In this document: in pieces, positions 19,990 to 29,495 of the stretch | How positions within the stretch are numbered: position 1 is the stretch's first letter | Layout of the letters: every line of letters begins with the position of its first letter | Assembly (NCBI GenBank): GCA_050186725.1 | Contig: JBFWYG010000002.1 | Location: 5,027-69,026, forward strand | Direction: 5' to 3' | Source of the DNA: Gammaproteobacteria bacterium | GTDB lineage: Bacteria; Pseudomonadota; Gammaproteobacteria; Ga0077536 | Length of the DNA: 64,000 nt | Translations under genes and position numbers: made by a program | The notes under the pieces: generated by a model | The model's database searches: none | The model's input: the letters and a program-made list of their open reading frames with translations, nothing else | What the model was told of the DNA's origin: nothing

Positions 19990-20742
19990 TCAGCCGGGCT
20001 TGCGCGTGAGCATCAAGGTCAGGGGCCAGTTCACCACCCGCGTCGCGGCTACACCCCACGCGCTTTCGAGCCGCGCCGCGAGAACCGGCATGGGATCGAC
20101 GCCGTTCGCCTGGCGATAGCGCGTCACCGCCGACCAGGTCGCGACATAGGCCAGCACCTGCGCCAGCGACCACGCGGCCTGCATCTCGAGCGTGCAGCGC
20201 GCGCCGCCGCCCCATGGCAGGTCGATATCCGCGTAGGCGTTCTCCACGTGCCGGCGATCCGCTGGCCACCAGGCGCCGATCTCCTCCGTGTAGAAGCGTC
20301 CCAGTTCCGCGTCCACCACGGGCGTGATGGCGAACAGGTTGTAGGTCCACACCGCCAGCACGCCGCCCGGCTTCAGCACGCGCTGGACCTCGGCGAAGAA
20401 CGGTGGAAGATCGAACCAGTGCAGCGCCTGTGCGACCGTCACCAGGTCGACGCTGGCCGCCGGCAACGGCGCCCGCTCCGCACGCGCAGCGACCAATCCA
20501 TCGTGCCCGCGTCGCCGCGCCTCGCCGAGCTGGGCCAGGCTCGCATCGCTGGCCAGCACCTGGGCGTAGTGCGCGCACAGGCCGGCGAGCGCCTGGCCGC
20601 TGCCGGTGCCGACATCCCAGGCCAGCTGCTGCTCACGCGTCTCGGCCGCGAGCCGCGCGAAGAGCGCGTCGGGGTAGTGCGGGCGGAATGCGCCGTAGTC
20701 GGCCGCGCGCGCCGAGAAATGGTCGGCGAAGCCCGCGCTCAC
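19990..20742 (-). CDS. Class I SAM-dependent methyltransferase
   Basis: VGTGSGQ SAM motif I and LKPGG motif post II. 4-nt overlap with the upstream GGDEF gene. Confidence 0.8.
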   Translation of the reverse strand: MSAGFADHFSARAADYGAFRPHYPDALFARLAAETREQQLAWDVGTGSGQALAGLCAHYAQVLASDASLAQLGEARRRGHDGLVAARAERAPLPAASVDLVTVAQALHWFDLPPFFAEVQRVLKPGGVLAVWTYNLFAITPVVDAELGRFYTEEIGAWWPADRRHVENAYADIDLPWGGGARCTLEMQAAWSLAQVLAYVATWSAVTRYRQANGVDPMPVLAARLESAWGVAATRVVNWPLTLMLTRKPG

Positions 20743-21836
20743 AAGGCGGCGGCGGCCGGCGTACGCGCGGTGGCGCCCTCTTCACTATCCACTTCGATGC
20801 GGTCGCGACCGCGCGTCTTGGCGGCGTAGAGCGCGCGGTCGGCGCGACGCAGCAGGCTCTCGGTGTCGTGCGTGTCCAGGCCGCGCACCCAGGTCAGGCC
20901 GATGGACACGGTGAGCTGGCCGCGCTCGCCGGCCACGTGCGGCAGGTTCAGATCGCGCACGCCCTCGACGATGGCCTCGGCGACGAACAGTGCGTCGTTG
21001 CCGCTCGGGCCAGAGGACACCACGCAGAACTCCTCGCCGCCGTAGCGGAACACGAGATCGGTCGCGCGCCGCGCCGCGCGGCGAATGACCTCGGCGACCT
21101 GGGACAGCGCGCGGTCGCCGGCGATGTGGCCGTAGTTGTCGTTGTAGCGTTTGAAGTGATCGATGTCGATCATGTACACCGCCAGGCCTTCCTGGCGCCG
21201 CCGCGCGCGGTTGAAGAGGTTACCGAACAGCTCTTCGAATAGCTGGCGGTTGTAGGTCTTGGTCAGGGTGTCGGTGTGCGACAGGCGGCTGATGGCACGC
21301 ACGCTGGCCTCGTAGCCGCGCGCGAAGAGATACATGGCATAGGCGAAAATCGGGTGGGCGGTGAGCAGGATCATCACCGACAACGGCTCGTATTGCGCGC
21401 GCTTGACGTAGAACACCGCGCACAACGCCAGCAGATCGGCCAGCGACCACCACACCCCGCGTCGGCTGCCGGCCAGCAGGAAGGCGATCATCGGGATCAG
21501 CATCTGCCAGGGCTTGTTGTCGAGCTGCTCGTTGCCGAACCAGATGCCTGCCAGCGTCACGCCCATGCACAGGCCGAGGAACAGGCTGGCGCTCGCGGGA
21601 TGGGCGTAGCGCCGCAGGTTGTGCACGAAACACAGCGCGGCCACGCCGACGAAGAACACGCAGGAGACATAGAACAAGGGGCGGATGCCGACCATCCAGT
21701 AGGCCGGTAGAACGGGCACGGCGAGCAGCGTCGCGGTGTACAGGAACCGGGTCAGGACCTCGCGCTGGAAATGCGCGATGCGGACCTCGCCTGGATCGGC
21801 TTCGGACGATGACACGGGAGTGGACATGTTCAGCAC
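20739..21836 (-). CDS. Membrane-anchored diguanylate cyclase (MASE-like TM domain plus GGDEF)
   Basis: About 6 TM helices, then YGGEEFCVV GGDEF active site with RxxD I-site-like residues upstream. Confidence 0.85.
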   Translation of the reverse strand: MLNMSTPVSSSEADPGEVRIAHFQREVLTRFLYTATLLAVPVLPAYWMVGIRPLFYVSCVFFVGVAALCFVHNLRRYAHPASASLFLGLCMGVTLAGIWFGNEQLDNKPWQMLIPMIAFLLAGSRRGVWWSLADLLALCAVFYVKRAQYEPLSVMILLTAHPIFAYAMYLFARGYEASVRAISRLSHTDTLTKTYNRQLFEELFGNLFNRARRRQEGLAVYMIDIDHFKRYNDNYGHIAGDRALSQVAEVIRRAARRATDLVFRYGGEEFCVVSSGPSGNDALFVAEAIVEGVRDLNLPHVAGERGQLTVSIGLTWVRGLDTHDTESLLRRADRALYAAKTRGRDRIEVDSEEGATARTPAAAAL

Positions 21837-22068
21837 GGTGCGCCTCGCTCAGCGACAACGGACGGTCGCGCCCCTCCCGCCGGCACCGTCTTGAGCGGCT
21901 ACCTTACGCGGGCATGCGGTCAGCGCAAGCAAGCAGGTCGCATTCGAACCCCGGTCGGCGCAAAAATTCACAGCCATAGCGTTTTCCTCGCGCCGTCTAG
22001 CGATTCTCGTCCCGCGACAGGTCCGTGGCACAATCCTGCGCGCACCGCTATTCCATCCCCAGGCGACC

Positions 22069-22512
22069 ATGGAGTCCACCGCCGCACCTGCCATCACGGT
22101 CCTAATCGAGGTCCCACGCGGCAGCTTCGCCAAGCGTGACGCCGCGCGCCGCCTGGAATTCCTCTCGCCCCTGCCCTGCCCGTTCAACTACGGGTCGGTG
22201 CCGGCGCTGCGCGGCGCCGACCACGACGCGCTCGACGCCGTCGTGCTCGGGCCGCGGCTCGCCGCCGGTACCACGCTCTGCGCGACGGCCCGCGCCGTGG
22301 TGCGCTTCGTGGATGCCGGCCACGACGATGACAAGCTCATCTGCGCGGCCGGGCCGCTGACGCGCGGCGAGCAGCGCCTGGTGCTGGCATCCTTCCACTT
22401 CTACGCGCTGGTCAAACGGCTGCGCAACGCCGTCCTGCGGCGCCCCGGCAGAACCCGTTGCGCGGGCTTCGGCGACCTCGCGGACGTCCTGGCGCGCGCC
22501 GCGCGGCGCTGA
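22069..22512 (+). CDS. Compact inorganic pyrophosphatase-like protein (family I PPase fold)
   Basis: EVPRGSFAKRD, NYGSVP, DHDALDAVV (DxDxxD) and DDDK...HFYALVK map onto the family I PPase catalytic motifs. Only 147 aa. Confidence 0.5.
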   Translation: MESTAAPAITVLIEVPRGSFAKRDAARRLEFLSPLPCPFNYGSVPALRGADHDALDAVVLGPRLAAGTTLCATARAVVRFVDAGHDDDKLICAAGPLTRGEQRLVLASFHFYALVKRLRNAVLRRPGRTRCAGFGDLADVLARAARR

Positions 22513-22516
22513 GCGC

Positions 22517-23140
22517 TCAAGTCCCGTCCGGCGCTGGGCCCATCGCCATCAAGTCGCCTAGCGCGCTGCCGGCCAGGCCGCGCATCACCCCGTCGCGGTC
22601 GCGACCGTCGCGGTTCTGGCTCAGCTTGAACTTGCCTTCCAGCCGTTCGATGCGGAACTCGAGCCCGACGATGGCGCGCAGCATGCCGTCCAGGTAATCG
22701 AGAGGTGCGTCGTCCACCCGCCAGGGACGCGGGCGCCCTGCTTCGTGGCCATCGGTCAGCGTGTGCACCAGGGTCAGCAGCCAGTCGCGATCCGTCACCG
22801 CCCGCAGGCGACCATGGGCCTGCACCACCGCGTAGTTCCAGGTCGGCACCACCCGCCCATGCTCGGCCTTCGAAGGGTACAAGGATGGCGAGACATAGGC
22901 CTGCGGTCCCTGGAACAGGCTCAACGCGGTGTGACCTTCACCGACCAGCTGCCACAGCGGATTGCCGCGCGCCACGTGGCCACGCAGCAGCCCCTGTTCT
23001 TCATCCACGGACCAGGGCAAAAGGTTCGCGACCAGGCCCTGCGACGGGTGGGCGATGACCACCGTCGCCAGCGGATGGGCGCGCATCAGGCCATACAGGG
23101 CCGCGGGCCGGCGTTCGGCGAAGGCTTCGGGCGTGTACAC
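22517..23140 (-). CDS. FMN-binding negative transcriptional regulator (PaiB family)
   Basis: MYTPEAF N-terminus and overall PaiB-like pattern. 207 aa. Confidence 0.65.
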   Translation of the reverse strand: MYTPEAFAERRPAALYGLMRAHPLATVVIAHPSQGLVANLLPWSVDEEQGLLRGHVARGNPLWQLVGEGHTALSLFQGPQAYVSPSLYPSKAEHGRVVPTWNYAVVQAHGRLRAVTDRDWLLTLVHTLTDGHEAGRPRPWRVDDAPLDYLDGMLRAIVGLEFRIERLEGKFKLSQNRDGRDRDGVMRGLAGSALGDLMAMGPAPDGT

Positions 23141-23152
23141 GGTCGCGCTCAG

Positions 23153-23653
23153 TCAGTCGTCCGGCGTCTCGAGTCCCAGGCGCTGATGCCACTCGGCGAT
23201 CGCCTCCCGCGGGTACTCGTCGAAGCGCTGGTCCTTCTTGCCGGTCAGGAGCGGCACCCAGGCGGCCTTGGAGCCGAGCATGAGATGGGTGCGCTCGGGC
23301 GCCACCGGCAGCTCGGTGTCGATCGCCGAGGCGAAGGGATGGATGAGTTCCGGCCAGCGCGGATCCCACACCCACAGCGCGCTGCCGCACTCGCCGCAGA
23401 AATGGCGCTCGGCCGGACTGCGCTTCGCACGTCCCCCCGGCGCGTCGGACGGCATCAGCGCGCGGTAGACCTTGACGTGACCGCGCCCGCGAACCTTGAG
23501 CGAGTCGCTGTCGCCACCGAGGTTGATGGCGTAGCCACCGCCGCCGGCGGTCTTGCGGCAGATCGAGCAGTAGCACAGGTTGAACGGATAGGGATGCCTG
23601 GAAGACAGCGAGAACTTGACCTTGCCGCAGTGGCAGGAACCGGACAGGTGCAT
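23153..23653 (-). CDS. GFA-family (CENP-V/glutathione-dependent formaldehyde-activating-like) Zn-binding protein
   Basis: CHCG...C.C..C and CGECGS cysteine motifs characteristic of the GFA domain. Confidence 0.7.
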   Translation of the reverse strand: MHLSGSCHCGKVKFSLSSRHPYPFNLCYCSICRKTAGGGGYAINLGGDSDSLKVRGRGHVKVYRALMPSDAPGGRAKRSPAERHFCGECGSALWVWDPRWPELIHPFASAIDTELPVAPERTHLMLGSKAAWVPLLTGKKDQRFDEYPREAIAEWHQRLGLETPDD

Positions 23654-23682
23654 GGGCGAGACTCCGCGAAAGAAAGGGCCTG

Positions 23683-24669
23683 CTAGGGGGCACGCGCCAG
23701 CACGCGTGCGAGCGTCGCGCGGTCGACGTTGGCGCCGGATACCACCAGCCCCACCCGACGCCCGGCCTGTTGCTCGCGCTCGGCCAGCAACGCGGCGAGC
23801 GGCGCGGCGGCCGCGCCCTCCACCAGGTTGTGGGTGTCGCTGAGCAGCGCGCCCACGGCGTCCAGGATCGCCGCGTCGTCCACCGTCACCACGCGCGCGA
23901 CACCGTCCAGCAGGTAGGCCAGCGCCTCCGGCGAAGGCACGCGCACCGCGAGTCCGTCGGCCAGGGTGTCGGCACGCTCGGTCGCGACCGGCGCACGTGC
24001 GGCGAAGGAGCGTGCATAGGCGTCAGCGCCGGCCGCCACCACGCCCACCACCTCGGTGCTGAGCCCGAGGGCGTCGCGCGCGGCCAGCGTGCCGGCGATG
24101 CCGGAGCCCAGGCCGATGGGCACGTACACGACGTCGAGCGTCGGTACCGCGCGCAGGAACTCGTAGGCATAGGTCCCGACGCCCTGTACCAGGGTCGAAT
24201 GGAACGACGGCATGGGGAACAGCCCCTGCTCGGCGGCGAGCTCGCGGGCATGGTCGAGCGCGGCGTTGAAGTCCTCGCCGTGTTCGATGAGTTCCGCGCC
24301 CAGCGCGCGCATCGCGCGGTTCTTCTCAGGGTTGTTGCCGTGCGGTACCACCACCACCGCGCGCAGGCCGTGGCGCCGGGCGGCGAAGGCCACGCTCTGG
24401 CCATGGTTGCCGCGGGTCGCCGCCACCACGCCGGGCAGGTCGGGGTGGGCGGCGGCGAGTTCGGCCATGAACCACACGCCGCCGCGCACCTTGAACGCGC
24501 CGGTCGGCAGGTGGTTCTCGTGCTTGACCCACACTTCGCAGCCGCAGCGCTCGGCGAGCAGCGGCCAGGCGATCTGAGGACTCGGCGCGAGGACGGTGTA
24601 GATCTCGCTCGCGGCGCGCGCGAAGTCCGCCGCCGAGAGCGGCGTGCGCCGCAGGTCGCGGGATTCCAT
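23683..24669 (-). CDS. PLP-dependent serine/threonine dehydratase
   Basis: Lys in the HENHLPTGAFKVRGG PLP site, plus a glycine-rich loop. 328 aa. Confidence 0.8.
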   Translation of the reverse strand: MESRDLRRTPLSAADFARAASEIYTVLAPSPQIAWPLLAERCGCEVWVKHENHLPTGAFKVRGGVWFMAELAAAHPDLPGVVAATRGNHGQSVAFAARRHGLRAVVVVPHGNNPEKNRAMRALGAELIEHGEDFNAALDHARELAAEQGLFPMPSFHSTLVQGVGTYAYEFLRAVPTLDVVYVPIGLGSGIAGTLAARDALGLSTEVVGVVAAGADAYARSFAARAPVATERADTLADGLAVRVPSPEALAYLLDGVARVVTVDDAAILDAVGALLSDTHNLVEGAAAAPLAALLAEREQQAGRRVGLVVSGANVDRATLARVLARAP

Positions 24670-24680
24670 GACGCCGCGGC

Positions 24681-25148
24681 TCAGCGCGGCAGGTGGTGGG
24701 CAGCCTCGCCGCGCGCGGCGAGCGCCTCGCCCTGGCGGCCGATGATCTTGACGAGACGCTCAGGGGCGAAACCGAGCATCGCGAGCCCGGGCGCCGCGTT
24801 GGCGACTTCGTGGTAGGTCACCAGGCGCCCGTCCCGCAGCGTGCAGATGGACACACCCTCGAACAGCGCCCGGCGGCCTTCGCTGCCGGGCATGCGGCCG
24901 GCGTAGCTGAACACGTAGCGGGCATAGCCCACGCGCCCGTCGCTGACCGGCTCGTGCAGGTCCCAGATGAAGTCGCTGGCGTCGCGGTGGAAATGCCCGC
25001 TCACCATCGCCGGGATGCGCGCCTTGGGAAAGGCGCCGTAGAACACGTCGTGGTAGACGCCGTCGTCGGTGAAGCAGTCGGCGGCCGCGGCGCCGTCGTT
25101 GCGCACGATGGCCTGGGTCATGCGCGTGATGAGTTCGGCAAAGGACAT
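24681..25148 (-). CDS. NTF2-like/SnoaL-like domain protein
   Basis: Small (155 aa) protein with an alpha+beta cone pattern. Weak, fold-level call only. Confidence 0.45.
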   Translation of the reverse strand: MSFAELITRMTQAIVRNDGAAAADCFTDDGVYHDVFYGAFPKARIPAMVSGHFHRDASDFIWDLHEPVSDGRVGYARYVFSYAGRMPGSEGRRALFEGVSICTLRDGRLVTYHEVANAAPGLAMLGFAPERLVKIIGRQGEALAARGEAAHHLPR

Positions 25149-25321
25149 GGCTCGCTCCGGATGACGCCAGTGGGCGGGCGGCCCGCGCCCGTCGCGCGCG
25201 GCGACAACTATCTCGCGCCCGTGGCCTTGTTATAGTCTTAGCCCGTGCGCTCGTCCATAGCGACGGCGCGGCTCGTGCCGCCGCGCTCGAAGCGCACGTG
25301 AACTCAAGGGGGAGAGCATTC

Positions 25322-26296
25322 ATGGCGCAAGCGCTGTCCGTCGAGGACCTGCTCGACGCGTACCGTACGATGAAGACCATTCGCGAATTCGAGGACCGCG
25401 TCCACGTCGAATTCGCCAAGGGCGGCATTCCGGGTTTCGTCCATCTCTATGCCGGCGAGGAAGCCTCGGCGACCGGCGTCGGCGTGCAACTGCGCGACGA
25501 CGACCGTCTCGCCAGCAACCATCGCGGCCACGGCCACTGCATCGCCAAGGGCGTGGAAGTGAAGGGCATGATGGCCGAGATCTACGGCAAGAAGACCGGC
25601 ACCTGCCACGGCAAGGGCGGTTCGATGCACATCGCCGATCTCGACACCGGCATGATGGGCGCAAATGGCATCGTCGGCGGTGGGCCGCCGCTGGTATGCG
25701 GCGCGGCGCTGGCCGCCAAGCGCCGCGGCAAGGGTGGCCTCGCGGTCGCCTTCTGCGGTGACGGCGCGTCGAACCAGGGCACGGTGTTCGAAGCGATGAA
25801 CCTCGCCACGGTGTGGAAACTGCCGGTGGTGTTCGTATTCGAGAACAACGGCTACGCCGAGGCCACCGACAGCCGCTTCTCGGTGTCCTGCAAGGACATC
25901 GCGCAGCGCGCGGTCGGCTTCGGCATGCCAGGCCGCATCGTCGACGGCCATGACTTCTTCGCCGTGCACGAGGCTTTCGCCGAGGCCGCCGCACGCGCCC
26001 GCGCCGGCGAGGGCCCGTCGCTCATCGAGCACAAGCTCGATCGCTTCTTCGGCCACTTCGAGGGCGACAACCAGAAATACCGCCCGCCCGGCGAGGTCCA
26101 GCGCCTGCGCGAAGAGGCGTGCTGCATCAAGCGCTTCTCATCGAAGGTCACGAGCGAACACGGCATCACGCCGCAGCAGCTCGCGGCCATCGACGACGAG
26201 GTGGCGAAGCTCATCGACGAAGCGGTGGCTTTCGCCGAGTCCTCGCCCGATCCGGAACCCGCGGATCTCCTGACCGACGTCTACATCAAGTACTGA
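25322..26296 (+). CDS. acoA: Acetoin:2,6-dichlorophenolindophenol oxidoreductase E1 alpha (TPP-dependent)
   Basis: TPP-binding GDGA...NN motif and HRGHGH. RBS GGGGGAGAG before ATG 25322. Confidence 0.8.
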   Translation: MAQALSVEDLLDAYRTMKTIREFEDRVHVEFAKGGIPGFVHLYAGEEASATGVGVQLRDDDRLASNHRGHGHCIAKGVEVKGMMAEIYGKKTGTCHGKGGSMHIADLDTGMMGANGIVGGGPPLVCGAALAAKRRGKGGLAVAFCGDGASNQGTVFEAMNLATVWKLPVVFVFENNGYAEATDSRFSVSCKDIAQRAVGFGMPGRIVDGHDFFAVHEAFAEAAARARAGEGPSLIEHKLDRFFGHFEGDNQKYRPPGEVQRLREEACCIKRFSSKVTSEHGITPQQLAAIDDEVAKLIDEAVAFAESSPDPEPADLLTDVYIKY

Positions 26297-26307
26297 GGAG
26301 CGGCATC

Positions 26308-27321
26308 GTGGCGAGAAAAATCACTTACCAGCAGGCCATCAACGAGGCGCTGGACCAGGAAATGGCGCGCGACGAGAACGTCATCCTGATGGGCGAGGAC
26401 GTGGTCGGCGGCAGCGGCTCGGATGGCGAGATGGACGCCTGGGGCGGCGTGCTCGGCGTGACCAAGGGCCTCTACAAGAAATACGGCGACCGCATCCTGG
26501 ACACCCCGATCAGCGAATCGGGCTTCGTCGGCGCGGCAGTCGGCGCGGCGGCCTCGGGCCTGCGCCCGGTGTGCGAACTCATGTTCATCGACTTCATGGG
26601 CGTGTGCTTCGACCAGATCTTCAACCAGGCGGCCAAGTTCCGCTACATGTTCGGCGGCAAGGCCGAGACGCCGGTCGTGATCCGCACCATGTACGGCGCG
26701 GGCTTTCGCGCCGCCGCCCAGCACTCGCAGTGCCTGTACCCGCTGTTCACCCACATCCCGGGCCTGAAGGTCGTGCTGCCTTCTTCGCCCTACGACGTGA
26801 AGGGTCTGCTGATCCAGGCGATTCGCGACAACGACCCGGTGATCTTCTGCGAGCACAAGGTGCTCTACACGCTGGAAGGCGAGGTGCCCGAGGAGTCCTA
26901 TACCATCCCCTTCGGCGAGGCCAACGTGGTGCGCGAAGGCGACGACGTGACCATCGTCGCCTTCGGCCGCATGGTCCACCAGGCGAACAAGGCCGCGGCC
27001 GCGCTCGCCAAGGAAGGCGTGTCCTGCGAGGTCATCGATCCGCGCACCACCTCGCCGCTGGACGAGGACACCATCCTCGAGTCAGTCGAGAACACCGGCC
27101 GCCTGGTGGTGGTCGACGAGGCCCATCCGCGCTGCGGCATGGCAGCCGACATCTCCGCCCTGGTGGCGAAGAAGGCCTTCTCCTCGCTGAAGGCGCCGGT
27201 CGAGATGGTCACCGCGCCGCACACGCCGGTGCCCTTCAACGGCAAGCTCGAGGACCTCTACGTGCCGAGCGCCGAGCGCATCGCGGCCGCCGTGCGCGTC
27301 ACCGCGGGGTACGCCGCATGA
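26308..27321 (+). CDS. acoB: Acetoin dehydrogenase E1 beta subunit
   Basis: Transketolase-like pyrimidine-binding and C-terminal domains. GTG start with GGAG RBS, directly after the acoA stop. Confidence 0.8.
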   Translation: MARKITYQQAINEALDQEMARDENVILMGEDVVGGSGSDGEMDAWGGVLGVTKGLYKKYGDRILDTPISESGFVGAAVGAAASGLRPVCELMFIDFMGVCFDQIFNQAAKFRYMFGGKAETPVVIRTMYGAGFRAAAQHSQCLYPLFTHIPGLKVVLPSSPYDVKGLLIQAIRDNDPVIFCEHKVLYTLEGEVPEESYTIPFGEANVVREGDDVTIVAFGRMVHQANKAAAALAKEGVSCEVIDPRTTSPLDEDTILESVENTGRLVVVDEAHPRCGMAADISALVAKKAFSSLKAPVEMVTAPHTPVPFNGKLEDLYVPSAERIAAAVRVTAGYAA

Positions 27322-28427
27322 GCGCAGCCAAGATAGTGCCCATCACCATGCCCAAGTGGGGCCTCTCCATGCAGGAGGGCAAGGTGGTGGAGTGGCTGGT
27401 CCCAGTGGGCACCGAACTCAAGCTCGGCGACCATGTGCTCGACATCGAGACCGAGAAAATCGCCAACACCTTCGATGCGCTGGACGCGGGACTCCTGCGG
27501 CGCATCGTCGCCCAGCCCGACGAGGTGCTGCCCATCGGCGCGCTGCTCGGCGTGCTGGCGCCGGCGGAGGTGTCCGACGCTGACGTCGACGCCTACATCA
27601 CCGAGTTCCAGAAGAACTACGTGCCGCCGGCCACGGACGAGGAAGGCGCCGGCGACGGCGGCTGGAAATTCATCGAGGCCGGCGGCTACCGCCTGCGCTA
27701 CTCGAAGATGGGCGACGGCGCGCGCAACATCGTGCTGATCCACGGCTTCGGCGGCGACGCCGATCGCTGGGCGTTCACCCAGGAACCGCTCGCGGCGAAC
27801 GCCAGCGTCTACGCGCTGGATCTCCCCGGGCACGGCCAGTCGAGCAAGCAGTTGAGCGACGGCTCGGTGAAGCACCTCGCCGCCACGGTCATTGCCTTCA
27901 TGGACGCTGTCGGCATCGACCGGGCGGAGCTCATCGGCCACTCGCTCGGCGGCGCGGTCGCGCTGCAGGCGGCGGTCGATAACCCCGGGCGGGTGAGCGG
28001 GCTCGCGCTGATCGCTTCCGCCGGCCTCGGCGCGGAGATCAACGCGAGCTACATCAACGGCTTCATCGCCGCCGACTCACGCAAGGAGATGAAGCCGCTG
28101 CTGGAACAGCTGGTGGCCGACCCCGAGCTCGTGACCCGCACCCTCATCAACGACATGCTGCAGTTCAAGCGCATCGACGGCGTGGGCGCGGCGCTCGCCG
28201 CCATCGCCAAGGGCTTCCAGGATGGCAGCCAGCAGACGGTGAACCTGCGCGCGCACCTGGACGGCCTGGACGTGCCGGTCAAGGTCATCTGGGGGTCGAA
28301 GGACGCGATCATCCCGGCGAGCCACGCGGCCGGCCTGCCCGCCAAGGTCAAGGTGACGGTGCTGGACGGTTTCGGCCACCTGGTGCAGTTGGAAGCCGCG
28401 GCCGAGGTCAACAAGCTGCTGCTGTAG
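27318..28427 (+). CDS. acoC: Acetoin dehydrogenase E2-like component: lipoyl domain fused to alpha/beta-hydrolase fold
   Basis: N-terminal lipoyl attachment (DIETEKI, Lys in the hairpin). Linker, then HGFGGD and GHSLGG hydrolase motifs. ATGA overlap with acoB. Confidence 0.75.
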   Translation: MSAAKIVPITMPKWGLSMQEGKVVEWLVPVGTELKLGDHVLDIETEKIANTFDALDAGLLRRIVAQPDEVLPIGALLGVLAPAEVSDADVDAYITEFQKNYVPPATDEEGAGDGGWKFIEAGGYRLRYSKMGDGARNIVLIHGFGGDADRWAFTQEPLAANASVYALDLPGHGQSSKQLSDGSVKHLAATVIAFMDAVGIDRAELIGHSLGGAVALQAAVDNPGRVSGLALIASAGLGAEINASYINGFIAADSRKEMKPLLEQLVADPELVTRTLINDMLQFKRIDGVGAALAAIAKGFQDGSQQTVNLRAHLDGLDVPVKVIWGSKDAIIPASHAAGLPAKVKVTVLDGFGHLVQLEAAAEVNKLLL

Positions 28428-28497
28428 GTCGGACTTCAGTTCGACATTCGGCGTCTTTGCGGGACAGACCCCGGACGGGGTCTGTCCCATCCCTCCC
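28428..28497. repeat. REP-like structured extragenic element, family B (12-bp GC stem hairpin), directly after acoC stop
   Basis: gtcggactt...cgacatt...gggacagacccc-ggac-ggggtctgtccc-atccc. A second copy lies at 59020..59086 with an identical stem and a different loop. Confidence 0.5.
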
Positions 28498-28511
28498 CCA
28501 TTCCCGCTCGC

Positions 28512-29399
28512 TTACGGTGCCGCCGGCGCCAACCCCGCAACATCCCCCAGCCGCGTTGCCACCTCTGCGGCTCGCGTCCCCTCGGCGGCCCAACCCGGTC
28601 GCAGCACCGACAGCGTGATCCACCCCGCCGCGAAACGTCCCGTGTCGCTGTCCGCGTCCCGCGCCCCGTCGGGGTCCACGTCGAGCGCCACGCGCACCCG
28701 GCCCTCCGACACCTGCGGGTAGTCGAAGCGGAAGCCGCCGCGAGCGCCGAGCGGCACGAGCGCCACGCCCATAACCGGCCTTGCCGGCACGTTCACGTTC
28801 AGCAGGGTGTCGGGCGGCAGCAGTGGCCCACCGCGCGCGGCGGCCGCCAGGCGCTCGACGAGACGCACCACGGTCGATGCGGCCAGCGGATAGGCGGCGG
28901 TGGTGCTCGGAAACGGCGCCGGCGTCGCACGCGCCTCCTCAAGGTCCAGGCCGACCGAGACGGCGATCGCCGGCACGCCGAACTGCACGGCCATCACCGC
29001 CGCGCCCACCGTGCCCGAACTGACGACGTTGGCGCCGAGGTTCTGACCGAGATTGGCGCCCGACACGACGAGATCCGGCCGGGCCGGCAGCAGGCGTGTA
29101 AGGCCCACCGCGACCGCGTCGGCCGGACTGCCGTCGACCGCCCAGGCGCCCTCGCCCTCGGCCTGGACGTTGAGTTCGCCCAGAGTCAGGCGCACGCCGC
29201 TGCCGCTCTGCTGACGCAGCGGCGCGACCACCGTCACGCGGTGACCCGCCGCGAGCAGTGCGGTGCGCAGCGCGGCCAGGCCCGGGGCGTCGTAACCGTC
29301 GTCATTGGTCAGGAGCACGGACAGCGGCGCGGCCCAGGCGCCCGCCGCCGCGAACAGCAGCGCCACGCTCAACGCGACGCGACCCCGAATCTTCTGCAT
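28512..29399 (-). CDS. surE: 5'/3'-nucleotidase SurE family, with predicted signal peptide
   Basis: LLTNDDGYDAPGL SurE N-terminal motif, preceded by a cleavable-looking signal sequence (ALSVALLFAAAGAWA/AP). Confidence 0.75.
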   Translation of the reverse strand: MQKIRGRVALSVALLFAAAGAWAAPLSVLLTNDDGYDAPGLAALRTALLAAGHRVTVVAPLRQQSGSGVRLTLGELNVQAEGEGAWAVDGSPADAVAVGLTRLLPARPDLVVSGANLGQNLGANVVSSGTVGAAVMAVQFGVPAIAVSVGLDLEEARATPAPFPSTTAAYPLAASTVVRLVERLAAAARGGPLLPPDTLLNVNVPARPVMGVALVPLGARGGFRFDYPQVSEGRVRVALDVDPDGARDADSDTGRFAAGWITLSVLRPGWAAEGTRAAEVATRLGDVAGLAPAAP

Positions 29400-29495
29400 G
29401 CGTGCTTCCCCCCGCGCCCGCTGCGGCGGGTTGATCGAGGCCAAGCCCTGCCGGTGCGCGCGCAGCTAGAATGCCACGCTTCGAACGACCACGAG

